Shown here: piece after piece, positions 30,497 to 40,046 of the stretch
How the letters are laid out: every line of letters begins with the position of its first letter
Numbering within the stretch: the stretch's first letter is position 1
Source of the DNA: a bacterium
GTDB lineage: Bacteria; Patescibacteriota; Minisyncoccia; UBA6257; 02-FULL-45-10c
Assembly (NCBI GenBank): GCA_021786945.1
Contig: JAJYMK010000003.1
Span: 37,105 to 101,104, forward strand
DNA length: 64,000 bases
Direction of reading: 5' to 3'
Notes under the pieces: model-generated
The model's database searches: none
Told to the model about the DNA's origin: nothing
What the model saw: the letters and a program-made list of their open reading frames with translations, nothing else
Program-made: the position numbers and the translations under genes

Positions 30497-30574
30497 AACA
30501 TGGGTTGTTTTTAATGCCTTAACAATTATTTTAATGGCTTTTGCGTTTAGATAAGTTAGTTTTTTGTAATAATA

Positions 30575-30602
30575 AAAAACCGCCTATATGGGCGGTTTTA
30601 TT
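30575..30602. terminator. Bidirectional terminator (aaaaaaccgcc-tatatg-ggcggtttta)
   Basis: GC stem with A/T runs between convergent genes. Confidence 0.7.
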
Positions 30603-30612
30603 ATTAAATTTT

Positions 30613-32061
30613 TCAGCGGTTAATATTCGCAAAATCTATATAGCCGCGGTTAACATCGGTGTAAATTAATTTAACCTTAAGAATATCTCCAACGTCTAAA
30701 CCGGTTTCTCCTTGAGCTAGCAATCCCTCAACGTGTGGATGTAGTATGCGGACGAAGGTTCCGTGTGTGGTTACGCCGGTTACCACCGCATTAAATATTT
30801 CTCCTATACGATGGCTCATCACCATTGCGGCAATACGTTTCGACATATCCCTTTCAACTTTATTCGCTAAATTTTCTTTTAATGTACAGTTATTTGCTAT
30901 AGTAACAAGCTCTTCGTCGGAGTAGGGATTTTTATCACCGTTAAGCATTGCTTTTATAATTCGTTGGGTAACAATATCCGCAAAGCGGCGATTGGGTGCG
31001 GTAGAGTGGGTATAGTCCTGGACAGCGAGTCCAAAATGACCTTGTTTATTATCACTTCCGCGTTCCATAATATATTCCCCAGGACCAATTAATTTTATTA
31101 TTGCCAAGGATAAATCGGCAAAGTGATCGGGATCAATAGTTTTTCGACTAATAAGAAACTCATTAAGTTCCTTACTTGACGGTTCGCTTGGTAGTTTTGT
31201 TTTGTAATTTGCAGCAAGCTGAACAATTCTATCCCATCGTTTTGGTGTTTTTACTACACGTTTTAATATTGATAATTTTTCAAGTTTTTTACCAACAACT
31301 TCATTTGCCGTAATCATAAAATCTTCTATTAGATCTGTAGCGCGATTTTTTTCTTGGTTGGCGATGTCTGCGATTTTTGTGCCGGAAAAAATTGGATGAA
31401 TTTGTATGGATTCAAGATACAAACCTCCGTGCTCATGCCGCTTATTTTTAAGTATTTGAGCTATCTTATCTTGCAATTTAAGTTGCTCCTGCAATTCTTT
31501 CGATTCGGAAATTTTTATAGGGGCAAGAGAGCTACTTTCGAGCCATTTTCCTACGGAGTTATAAGTAAGCTGTGCATGATTTCTGACAATAGCTCTGTAT
31601 ATATCGCTAGAAGATAGGGATCCGTCTGATTTAACCGTAAATTCTATTACAATGCTTGGTCTGTTCATATTTTCCGCCAACGAAGTTTTATCGTTGGAAA
31701 GTTCATTTGGCAACATTGGAAAAGTGCGTATGCCTGCATACACCGTTGTAGTTTCTTCTGAGGCGTAAATATCGATGGGTGAATTTTTTGGAACGAGCGC
31801 ATCAACATCGGCTATGGCTATCATAATTTTAACCATCCCGTTTGTTAGGGGTTCGGCCACTTCAATTTGGTCGATATCCAAAGAATCGTCATTATCAATT
31901 GAAGACCATGGCAGATGTCGCAAATCTCTGACACCTTTTTCGAAAGTTAAGGGCTGTGTGTGTTTTTTTATATCTGATAATTGTTCCAGGGCTTGGGGTG
32001 GAAAATCTGGAATAAATCCGCGCTCCAGCATAATTTGCCTGGCTATTACTTTTAAGTCCAT
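30613..32061 (-). CDS. RNase II/R family 3'-5' exoribonuclease (RNB plus C-terminal S1 domain; compact)
   Basis: RNB motifs (HFGLAVQDYTHSTAPNRRFADIVTQR) and a C-terminal S1-like fold. Confidence 0.8.
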   Translation of the reverse strand: MDLKVIARQIMLERGFIPDFPPQALEQLSDIKKHTQPLTFEKGVRDLRHLPWSSIDNDDSLDIDQIEVAEPLTNGMVKIMIAIADVDALVPKNSPIDIYASEETTTVYAGIRTFPMLPNELSNDKTSLAENMNRPSIVIEFTVKSDGSLSSSDIYRAIVRNHAQLTYNSVGKWLESSSLAPIKISESKELQEQLKLQDKIAQILKNKRHEHGGLYLESIQIHPIFSGTKIADIANQEKNRATDLIEDFMITANEVVGKKLEKLSILKRVVKTPKRWDRIVQLAANYKTKLPSEPSSKELNEFLISRKTIDPDHFADLSLAIIKLIGPGEYIMERGSDNKQGHFGLAVQDYTHSTAPNRRFADIVTQRIIKAMLNGDKNPYSDEELVTIANNCTLKENLANKVERDMSKRIAAMVMSHRIGEIFNAVVTGVTTHGTFVRILHPHVEGLLAQGETGLDVGDILKVKLIYTDVNRGYIDFANINR

Positions 32062-32191
32062 ATTGTAAATTTATTTATTATAAATACTTATTTGTACCTA
32101 TATTTGTATTTTATCTAAAAAATAAATTAAATAAAAATATAATTTTTATTACTTTGTTTTATTGAGTCATAGAACTGATAATTCTTAAGCT

Positions 32192-32878
32192 TTGTTCGTT
32201 TTTATAATATATAATAAAAACATGTTTAAGCAGCCATCGAATAATAGGGATTGGGAAAAAGATCAAAAAATTTTAGCGCATGCAATGATCGAGAGCGGCA
32301 AAATTTCTTTGTTTAATATCCGTAATTTTAAATACCGTTCCGAATTCGATTACGAAGTTGATTATTGTAGCCAAGTTTTTGAGATAGATAGGTTAATTGA
32401 TGTTAGTTTGGGCATTGTCGCTTTCTCTAAGAATCCTTTATTAGCTCATATTCTAACTACATTTGAATTTGCGGACGGTAAATCGGTGGTTTTTTCAATT
32501 GAAGTCCGCAAGCAGAAAGACCAGAAATTCATCGCCTGGCAGACAGCATTTAATAATTATGAGCTTATGTATGTCGTTGCGACGAGATCGGATGTAATTG
32601 ATTTACGCAATAAGCATCGAAAAAATGAACGTGTTGTCGAGTACAAACTAAATTTAGATCAAGACCAAAAATGCCGATTGTTCTTAGATTTTTGTATTCG
32701 GTTAAATCAACTTAAAGGTGGTCCGGAATTTTTTAATCTTTTCTACAATAGTTGCAGCAGTAACGCGATAAATCATTTAAATAAAGTATTGGATTGGAAA
32801 GTGCCATGGTTTTATAAATATTTAGCTCCTGGTTATTTAGATAAGGCATTAGGAAATCGAAAAATAATAAATCAATAG
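32192..32878 (+). CDS. DUF4105-like protein
   Basis: C-terminal motif FYNSCSSNAINHL resembles the DUF4105 Y.x.NNC(T/S) signature. Confidence 0.4.
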   Translation: MFVFIIYNKNMFKQPSNNRDWEKDQKILAHAMIESGKISLFNIRNFKYRSEFDYEVDYCSQVFEIDRLIDVSLGIVAFSKNPLLAHILTTFEFADGKSVVFSIEVRKQKDQKFIAWQTAFNNYELMYVVATRSDVIDLRNKHRKNERVVEYKLNLDQDQKCRLFLDFCIRLNQLKGGPEFFNLFYNSCSSNAINHLNKVLDWKVPWFYKYLAPGYLDKALGNRKIINQ

Positions 32879-32996
32879 TGTTAACGAGGCGAGCTATTTC
32901 GTGCTGAGCCCTAAACCGTCAATCCTAGTAAGTGTTTATTTTTTTAATTGACACGTTTCGCGTGCCCAATTATTAAAATTTTCTATTAAATAAATT

Positions 32997-33611
32997 TTAA
33001 TAATTAAAATTGGTGCGATAGCCGACAAATGATCCGTCGGGATTCAGGTTGACTGTAAGCCCATAATTTCCGGTCTGGCAATGATTAGTGCAATAATAAT
33101 GTTCAATGTAATAACTCAGGGTTCCGCCGCCGTTCGGATTGAGAAAATCACGGTAATATAAACAGATGTCGGCTTTTAGATGCTCATAAGTGCTGACTTT
33201 TTGCTCTTGCATCAATTTGTCTATTAATTCGGTCAATTGATAGTTATTATCTGGAGAATAATTTTTTATTTTACCGTAAAACGCGCCGTTATTAAAAGTC
33301 TCCAGAGAAGCGATCTCAAAGATCGTTTGCGGAAGTTTTTCTTCCGGTGTAATGACATTTCGTTCAACGGTGAATTTTTCCATACATTTCTTACCGCCTA
33401 GCGTTCCCACTACGCCCTGGGATTCCGCATCTCCGGTTTTAGCGGTGCTTGGCGGATAATTATTCTTATCCACAGAAAGATTTTGATTACCGGAATTATT
33501 TGCGGACGATGTCGGTTTAGTGATATTTTTTAGGATAAACCAATTTACGGCTATTGCTGTAATAATTAAAACAATGACTAATAACAATGGATACAAAATT
33601 TTTTTGTTCAT
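32997..33611 (-). CDS. N-terminally anchored or secreted protein, unknown
   Basis: N-terminal TM (ILYPLLLVIVLIITAIAVNWFIL) and a Cys-containing C-terminal domain. Confidence 0.45.
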   Translation of the reverse strand: MNKKILYPLLLVIVLIITAIAVNWFILKNITKPTSSANNSGNQNLSVDKNNYPPSTAKTGDAESQGVVGTLGGKKCMEKFTVERNVITPEEKLPQTIFEIASLETFNNGAFYGKIKNYSPDNNYQLTELIDKLMQEQKVSTYEHLKADICLYYRDFLNPNGGGTLSYYIEHYYCTNHCQTGNYGLTVNLNPDGSFVGYRTNFNY

Positions 33612-33717
33612 ATTTTAATTATACTACTAAAAAAGCTCTAACTATATTTCTGGATATAAAAATAACCATCATAAAAATAGGTTATTTTTCAGAGCTCGCC
33701 AAGTCGTGTTGGAGAAA

Positions 33718-34563
33718 TTAAATATTTTGGTCGTATTTTTCTTTGAATTCTTTAAAACTCATAGAAACAGTTTTACCGTTTACAAAAGCAACTCCCGGGC
33801 CAAGATATGTATTTTTACCGTCTCTGATATTTTTTTGTTTTTCCCTGAAATTAGTATGGGCCGTTGGCTCTTTTTCCGGTTTAGTATTTTCAATTCCTGG
33901 GATTTTATCAGCAAAATCATCCCAAATATTTTTCCACTCTTCTAGAATTACCGCTTCTTCTTTTAATGGATGAAGTGTAATGGTCGTTCTATCATTGGAT
34001 TCTTTAATAGATATTTCTATTTTTTTATTTTTAAAATATTCAATAATTGATTCTGGTATTTTAACTTCTTTATTATAAACATCTACGAATTGATCCCTAA
34101 TTGAAGACTCTTTAAAACCCGATTGAAATGTATTGTATCCCTTTTTTCTTAGCATAAATACAGCGTTACTAACCTGGGATTCTAATTCATCTTTATATGC
34201 GCCGGCATTAAGTTCTTCTTCGTCGGCAAGGGGATTCTCCACGAGCCTTTGCTCACGTCTTTTAAAAGAATCTTCTCTTTCGCTTAAGCGTTGAAATTTT
34301 TCTATAAATAAAGTTTTATTTTTAATTGCACTATCCCATTCCTCAATATTTTTTTTGATTTCAGCGCTATTTAAATCTTTATAAAGAAAAGACATTTCTT
34401 CTTTTAACTTGTTAAAGTCTGAGTAGTGACTGTAAATATAATCTTTAATCGGACTTTTTTCCGGTAAATATCTATTGGAAGCATCGAGCATCATATTCTT
34501 AATTTTCTCAACATCGTTGTTTGTTACCCCTTCTTTTTGTTGTTTTTGTTCAAATTTTTCCAT
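33718..34563 (-). CDS. Charged hypothetical protein
   Basis: Long ORF with native AT-rich codon usage and no recognizable motif. Confidence 0.45.
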   Translation of the reverse strand: MEKFEQKQQKEGVTNNDVEKIKNMMLDASNRYLPEKSPIKDYIYSHYSDFNKLKEEMSFLYKDLNSAEIKKNIEEWDSAIKNKTLFIEKFQRLSEREDSFKRREQRLVENPLADEEELNAGAYKDELESQVSNAVFMLRKKGYNTFQSGFKESSIRDQFVDVYNKEVKIPESIIEYFKNKKIEISIKESNDRTTITLHPLKEEAVILEEWKNIWDDFADKIPGIENTKPEKEPTAHTNFREKQKNIRDGKNTYLGPGVAFVNGKTVSMSFKEFKEKYDQNI

Positions 34564-34716
34564 ATAAAAATTATATCAATTATCTAAATTTAAAAAAGAC
34601 CCCGAAATTAAATTTCGAGGCATTTCCAGAGACTCACGACTGGGCTCGCTGTCTGGGACGATGTTGGAACCCTTTTTGGGGTAAAAGAGAGGGTGGGCGA
34701 GTAAGTTTAGGTTATA

Positions 34717-34745
34717 TTGACAAATATTGCCTAGTATGTTAATAT
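34717..34745 (+). promoter_or_regulatory. Canonical sigma70 promoter: TTGACA, 17 nt, TAATAT
   Basis: -35 at 34717-34722 and -10 at 34740-34745. A 13-bp perfect palindrome GTGTCTaAGACAC lies at 34764-34776. An AGGAG SD precedes the ATG at 34819. Confidence 0.55.
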
Positions 34746-34818
34746 ATAACAATTGTAGGAACGGTGTCTAAGACACTGAATCTTATGATAGTACCTTGTT
34801 TTTACTTTAGGAGTATTT

Positions 34819-35391
34819 ATGGGAGTGATTAAGGGGATTACGGATATTGTCTTTCGCTGCCCGGTCAACTACGGCTTAGGTGTCGATAAGTTGATTAAGA
34901 AGGGGAAATATGACTTGGTGAACAACAGGTGGGTACATAACGAGATTACCGAGAATAACTTCCCAACAAAGAGAGGTGGTCAGAAAGAAGTGGAAATGAA
35001 AATTTTTCACTTCAGGAAAAAGAGGACTCTGGAGGAATACAGTAAAGCAAAAGACAGAGAGGGCTTCTTATCCCAATACCTTTTTAAAGGTGAGTTTTGG
35101 GAAAAAGACGTGACCTTGAAAGAAGTCAAAGCAGAAATGGCTAATCAGGGCTACCGCCCCGCTAAGCTATGTGAGCTTTTGGCTTTTGAGGATGCCTACC
35201 CCGAATACTTGTGGAGTACGGGGCTCTTGATAGCCCTGGGCTCTGCCTGTCGGAATTCGGACGGATGTCGACAATTCCCATATCTCTCAGAAAGTGTCTT
35301 TGAGAGAAAGAAGTGGCTGCATCTCAGCCTGGTCAAAAAAGGGAAGGATGGCTTGGGTTGGACCTGCTACTTCTTAGCCGTTCGCAAATAG
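34819..35391 (+). CDS. Hypothetical protein in a compositionally foreign (~45% GC) cassette
   Basis: GC and codon usage (ctg, ggc, ccc codons) differ from the rest of the window. It has its own promoter, SD and terminator. Confidence 0.6.
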   Translation: MGVIKGITDIVFRCPVNYGLGVDKLIKKGKYDLVNNRWVHNEITENNFPTKRGGQKEVEMKIFHFRKKRTLEEYSKAKDREGFLSQYLFKGEFWEKDVTLKEVKAEMANQGYRPAKLCELLAFEDAYPEYLWSTGLLIALGSACRNSDGCRQFPYLSESVFERKKWLHLSLVKKGKDGLGWTCYFLAVRK

Positions 35392-35442
35392 CCACTCCCG
35401 TGGCACCCACTTCAATAGGTCTCCCAGACCTAAAGAAGTCCG

Positions 35443-35492
35443 CCCCGTGTTCAGGATTAATATTCTGAATGCGGGGCATTTTTATTTCCACA
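35443..35492 (+). terminator. Rho-independent terminator of the foreign cassette
   Basis: gccccg...(ttcag/ctgaa inner stem)...cggggc followed by ATTTTTATTT. Confidence 0.55.
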
Positions 35493-35572
35493 CAAAAAAA
35501 CAACTTTTCCTCAAAAGACCCATATACAAATCATAAGAAACTTTGCAGATCGGATAATGTCAGAATCAGTTT

Positions 35573-36202
35573 TTATGTTAGGTTTTTTACAACACCTTCT
35601 ATATTTGGATAATATTTATTGAAAATTGTATCTACCCCATTAGTTTTTATAGGAATATTTTGCATAGTTGCTACATCGGGAATTATTCTGGAAAGAACTA
35701 GATCTACAATTCTTTCTTTTACCCAATGGTCAACATTATATTTATCAATAAGTTTTTGTATGGATAGGTGCACCATTTCATGAATCAAGGCCTTGGAAAC
35801 CCCTATGCCGAATCTACCTTGAATATTAACGATTATTTTATTAGGAAGATTATAACTTCCAGCACTTCCATATTTTGTTAGTTCTATTAAGTAAAAATCT
35901 TCCGGAACCAAAGAAGCCTCTTCAAAATATTGTTCTAGTTTTGGCGAAAATTTAACCCATTGTTTTTTGACTATTTCTTCTACGTCGTTAAAGTCTTTTT
36001 GATTGTATTCTTTTTCAGCTTTATTTAATAAAATATCTATGGACTTGTTTCCATCAATATCTGTTAATTTAATATTTTCTGGTAGCTTTATCCAATTCGA
36101 ATAACCGTTTTTAATATACCAATCGGACTTATCCAATGTATGCTTAATACGCTCCTTTTCACATTCAGGTGAATATTTAAATTTTAAAGCAATATTTTTC
36201 AT
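35573..36202 (-). CDS. Putative zinc-dependent peptidase-like protein (HExxH)
   Basis: LIHEMVHLSIQ is a HExxH motif. Native AT-rich composition. Confidence 0.4.
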   Translation of the reverse strand: MKNIALKFKYSPECEKERIKHTLDKSDWYIKNGYSNWIKLPENIKLTDIDGNKSIDILLNKAEKEYNQKDFNDVEEIVKKQWVKFSPKLEQYFEEASLVPEDFYLIELTKYGSAGSYNLPNKIIVNIQGRFGIGVSKALIHEMVHLSIQKLIDKYNVDHWVKERIVDLVLSRIIPDVATMQNIPIKTNGVDTIFNKYYPNIEGVVKNLT

Positions 36203-36260
36203 GCATTAATTATATCAAAATATCCCCATTTAAGAAGCTATTTACCATACAGTATATTAG

Positions 36261-36332
36261 CTCCGCGACCAGGACTCGAACCTGGAACCATCGCCTTAAC
36301 AGGGCGCCGCTCTACCATTGAGCTATCGCGGA
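36261..36332 (-). tRNA. tRNA-Asn (anticodon GTT); CCA not encoded
   Basis: Minus-strand sequence TCCGCGA-TA-GCTC-AATGGTA-GAGC-G-GCGCC-CTGTTAA-GGCGA-TGGTT-CCAGG-TTCGAGT-CCTGG-TCGCGGA-G forms a cloverleaf with U33 and A37. Confidence 0.85.
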
Positions 36333-36454
36333 ATATTTAGATAAAAATAATATAACAAATTATATAAAAAAAATAAACCCCTTTGGGTTAATTGACGGCG
36401 TTAACAAAGTTACAGTTTTTGTTATAATTATTAAATAAACCAATCATAAAATTT

Positions 36455-36871
36455 ATGAAAAAATTTGTTTGGACTCAGGAATATAGCGTGGGCATAGAAT
36501 CTATTGATGAACAGCATCAGCATTTTTTCGATATAGCAAATAAGATTATGGAGATGTCGGATTCTAATTCTTCGGAAGGACGTGATCTTTTTGAGTCTTT
36601 GGAGGAGTTGGGTAATTATGCATTTTATCACTTAGACACCGAAGAAAATTATTTTGATGAATATAATTTCGAGGGCAAAGAAGAGCATGTTAATGCACAT
36701 AATTTATTTAGAAAGAAAGTTAATGAATTTATGGACAGAGCTAGAAAAGGGGAGGATATTAAAAAAATTATGAATGAAGCAGCTTCGTATTCAGGAGAGT
36801 GGCTTTTACAACATATTTTGATAATGGATAAGAAATATACCAAATTCTTGGTTGAACGCGGAGTAAAATAA
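36455..36871 (+). CDS. Bacteriohemerythrin
   Basis: Hemerythrin HHE cation-binding pattern: WTQEYSVGIESIDEQHQHFFD ... H..E. ... HI. 138 aa. Confidence 0.8.
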   Translation: MKKFVWTQEYSVGIESIDEQHQHFFDIANKIMEMSDSNSSEGRDLFESLEELGNYAFYHLDTEENYFDEYNFEGKEEHVNAHNLFRKKVNEFMDRARKGEDIKKIMNEAASYSGEWLLQHILIMDKKYTKFLVERGVK

Positions 36872-36880
36872 TTTCTTACT

Positions 36881-37900
36881 ATGAGCTTAGTTATTTTTAT
36901 GGCTATTTTGGTGGTAGCGCTTGCGCTGTTTTTCAATTTTACAAACGGCTTTAATGATTCTGCCAGCCAAGTTGCTACTATAATTTTTTCAAGAACCTTA
37001 CAGCCAGAGATAGCGCTTTTTATTGCGGCTGTAGCTAATTTTAGCGGTGCTTATTTTTTAGGCACAGCGGTTGCACAAACAATAGGTTCGGGAATCGTTG
37101 ACCCGAGTCTTATGAAGGAAGGGGTATCCGGCGTTTTAGTTATTTTAGCCGCACTAATCGGTGCAATTTTATGGAATTTGGTTACTTGGTATTTTGGAAT
37201 CCCGTCTTCCTCTTCACATGCTTTAATCGGAGGTTTGGTAGGCTCTTTTTTGTTTAGCTGGGGGCCGAATCCGATAAATTGGACTAAGGTTTTTATGATT
37301 ATTACCGTTATGATAATTTCACCTATCATAGGGTTTATAATTACTTATATTTTTACTCAGCTAACTTTAATTTTTAGTCAATGGTCTAGTCCTAAAATAA
37401 ATAAAGTTTTTAAAAATTTACAATTTTTTTCTTTAATTACCCAAGCCCTTGCTCACGGTACAAATGATGCTCAGAAAGCTATGGGTGTTATTGTTTTTGG
37501 TTTTGTAATTCTGGGTTTATATACGCCTCCTCAAGGCCAATATATTATTCCTACGTGGATTATAGTTTCTTGTGCTTTAGCAATTTCTTTTGGAACTATG
37601 GTGGGTGGAAAGCGGATTATAAAAAAATTGGGTTCCGGGCTTTACAAGATCAGGCCAATTCATAGCTTTGCTTCGCAAACAGCCTCTACTTTAATAATTT
37701 ATGCGGCTTCCATTTTTGGTTTTCCGGTTTCTACAACACAGATTATTTCTTCTTCGGTAATGGGCGCCGGCGCGGCTTTTCGTCCAAAAATGATACGTTG
37801 GAAAATAGCCCAGGATATGGTGGTGGTTTGGTTTATTACGATTCCTATCAGTGGAACTATTGCAGGGCTATCATTTTTGCTTTTAAATAAGCTTTTTTAA
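36881..37900 (+). CDS. Inorganic phosphate transporter, PiT family
   Basis: Paired PHO4 signatures GFNDSASQVATII and GTNDAQKAMGVI. ~10 TM segments. Confidence 0.85.
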   Translation: MSLVIFMAILVVALALFFNFTNGFNDSASQVATIIFSRTLQPEIALFIAAVANFSGAYFLGTAVAQTIGSGIVDPSLMKEGVSGVLVILAALIGAILWNLVTWYFGIPSSSSHALIGGLVGSFLFSWGPNPINWTKVFMIITVMIISPIIGFIITYIFTQLTLIFSQWSSPKINKVFKNLQFFSLITQALAHGTNDAQKAMGVIVFGFVILGLYTPPQGQYIIPTWIIVSCALAISFGTMVGGKRIIKKLGSGLYKIRPIHSFASQTASTLIIYAASIFGFPVSTTQIISSSVMGAGAAFRPKMIRWKIAQDMVVVWFITIPISGTIAGLSFLLLNKLF

Positions 37901-37945
37901 GAGTATTATTAATATACGTTTTCGGTAAAATCAAAATACAAAAAT

Positions 37946-38551
37946 ATGAATTTCAATTTTTTCAAAAAAACAGATTTTTATAAATTACTGCTTGATCAGG
38001 CGGAAAAAACGCGGGAGGGTGTGGCGGCTTTGCTTGAATTTATAAATAATCCTACTCAGGAAAACGGAAACGATGTCAGCCGATTGGAGGGGGAGGCAGA
38101 TGAAATCAGGCGAGTCTTGATTGATGATTTAAACAGGACATTTGTTACCCCAATAGACCGAGAAGATATTTTTTCTTTATCTAGATCAATTGATGATGTA
38201 TTGGACTATGCCGAAACAACGGTTGAAGAAATGCTTGTTTTGGATATAAAGCCCGACAACAATATAAAACAGCTCGTTGAAATTCTTCTTGAAGCTTCAA
38301 ACAGTGTTGCTTTGGCTGTAAAAAATATAAAAGAGCATCCGGGTGTATGCATCGAGCATGTTATTAAAGCTAGAAAGTCCGAGCATAAAATAGAAAAGCT
38401 TTACAGGCTAGCCTTAGCTGAGCTTTTTAAAACAAATGATGTTATAAAAATCCTTAAAACAAGAGAGGTTTATAGACATCTTTCCAATGCCGCGGATAGA
38501 GTGGTGGCCGCCGCTAACGTGATCAGCGATATTTTGGTAAAAAATGCCTAA
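37946..38551 (+). CDS. DUF47 (PhoU-like) regulator partnered with PiT
   Basis: Helical ~200-aa protein in the conserved PiT-DUF47 gene pair. Confidence 0.7.
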   Translation: MNFNFFKKTDFYKLLLDQAEKTREGVAALLEFINNPTQENGNDVSRLEGEADEIRRVLIDDLNRTFVTPIDREDIFSLSRSIDDVLDYAETTVEEMLVLDIKPDNNIKQLVEILLEASNSVALAVKNIKEHPGVCIEHVIKARKSEHKIEKLYRLALAELFKTNDVIKILKTREVYRHLSNAADRVVAAANVISDILVKNA

Positions 38552-40043
38552 GTCTTTTTTTTCCGAGAAGGTTTGTGCTGAAATTGATCTGCATATGCTT
38601 ACCAGGCCTCAGGCCGAAGTGGAACTTTATGATTTTTTGGATAAATCCTATTCTTTAGGATTTCATAAAGTAAGAATAATTACTGGCAAGGGATTGAATT
38701 CCGAAAACGGTCAAAGCATTTTAAAGCCATTTGTTCAGGAAATTCTCAGAAAAGAAAAATTAAAGTTTAGGGATGCAAAAATGAATGAGGGCGGCGCCGG
38801 AGCAATTGATGTTTGGCTTTTTCAGGCTAAAGCCTTCACATTGATAGAACTCCTGATAGTCATAGGTATATTAGCAGTCTTAGCAACAACCGTGCTTCTA
38901 GTCATAAACCCAGCTCAGTTAGTTAAGCAATCCAGAGATGCCAATAGAATCACGGAGCTGACATCTATCAACCAAGCTCTTCTTTTGTATCAATCCTTCG
39001 GAGGTAGCACTAGCATGGGTACTCATGGAGATGTCTATGTGTCTTTACCCAGCGCCCAAGCTGATTGTTCCGACCTCGGTCTTCCAGCCCTCAGTAGTGG
39101 TAGCTATCATTGCTCCACCTCTGCAAACTACAGAAATATAGACGGTACAGGCTGGATTCCGGTTAATTTAGCTTCTGTCCAATCTTCTGCCGGAACTCTT
39201 TTTTCCAGTCTTCCTATAGATCCAATCAATACCGTAGCCAATGGTTACTACTACACCTATATCCCTGGTTCCTGGGCTCTTTCTGCTACCATGGAATCAG
39301 AAAAATACCTTGCTGCTAATGCTACCAATGACGGAGGACAATCAGCTACCAGATTCGAAAAAGGAAATGATTTGAGTTTGAATGCAAATTTACCTGGGTT
39401 TGTGCCTACGTGTGGAGCAAGCGATACCCTTGGTTTGGTTAGCTATTGGAAATTCAATGAATCTTCAGGAACATCAGCGGCCGATTTTTATGGCTCAAAT
39501 CCAGGCACGTTAACAGCGGGGTTGTCTTCGAGGGTTGCCGGCAAACTTGGCAATGCTTTAAATTTTATTGGTCAAAATGATTATATGAGTTTAGCGAGTA
39601 TGACCGGATTTCCTTCGGGATCTAATCCTTACACTATTGAGTTATGGATAAAACCAAATTTATTTGATAATAGAGTGATAATTAGCTGGGGAATTGGTTC
39701 TGCAAATCAAACCAATGCCATAAAAATAAATAATAATACTATTGTTAATTATTGGTGGGCAAATGATTTAACCGCTTCCGCAACCATAACTGATTCCTGG
39801 TATTATATAGTTGCTACTTTTGATGGTACTTCTAGAAAAATTTATTCGAATGGAAATGTGGTGGGCTCGGATAATCCGGGAAGTCCTAATATCAATTCAT
39901 CTAATTTTCGTTTAGGTCAGGGTTCTGGCAGTTTATTTTCTGGTTTAATTGATGAACTCGCTATTTATAATCAAGCCCTTTCGGGTACTGATATTCAAAA
40001 GCACTATCAAAGAATTAATAGCGGGAATAGTTATTGTAATTAG
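38544..40043 (+). CDS. In-frame fusion: Smr (MutS2-type nuclease) domain, then the type IV pilin core, then a LamG lectin domain
   Basis: Residues 1-93 are a complete Smr domain: IDLHMLT...VRIITGKGLNS...GGAGAIDVWLF. No stop follows it. Next comes QAKA|FTLIELLIVIGILAVLATTVLLVINPAQ, a pilin hydrophobic helix with Ala, not Gly, at -1. The pilin core (GTGWIPVN...LPIDP...ESEKY) follows, then a LamG_3 domain (LVSYWKFNESSGTS...GLIDELAIYNQALSGTDI). The pilin-core DNA (~38820-39370) is ~45% GC. Confidence 0.7.
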   Translation: MPKSFFSEKVCAEIDLHMLTRPQAEVELYDFLDKSYSLGFHKVRIITGKGLNSENGQSILKPFVQEILRKEKLKFRDAKMNEGGAGAIDVWLFQAKAFTLIELLIVIGILAVLATTVLLVINPAQLVKQSRDANRITELTSINQALLLYQSFGGSTSMGTHGDVYVSLPSAQADCSDLGLPALSSGSYHCSTSANYRNIDGTGWIPVNLASVQSSAGTLFSSLPIDPINTVANGYYYTYIPGSWALSATMESEKYLAANATNDGGQSATRFEKGNDLSLNANLPGFVPTCGASDTLGLVSYWKFNESSGTSAADFYGSNPGTLTAGLSSRVAGKLGNALNFIGQNDYMSLASMTGFPSGSNPYTIELWIKPNLFDNRVIISWGIGSANQTNAIKINNNTIVNYWWANDLTASATITDSWYYIVATFDGTSRKIYSNGNVVGSDNPGSPNINSSNFRLGQGSGSLFSGLIDELAIYNQALSGTDIQKHYQRINSGNSYCN

Positions 40044-40046
40044 AAT

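Noticed and set aside
32879-32996. GC-richer stretch with TTGACA-like hexamer and T-run downstream of the DUF4105-like gene
   Set aside because: No convincing stem-loop or downstream + strand gene. It is probably just the intergenic spacer between convergent genes.
34590-36332. Integrative mobile element at tRNA-Asn
   Set aside because: I found no integrase or recombinase, no direct repeat of the tRNA 3' end, and no conjugation or phage genes. Only the compositional anomaly is supported.
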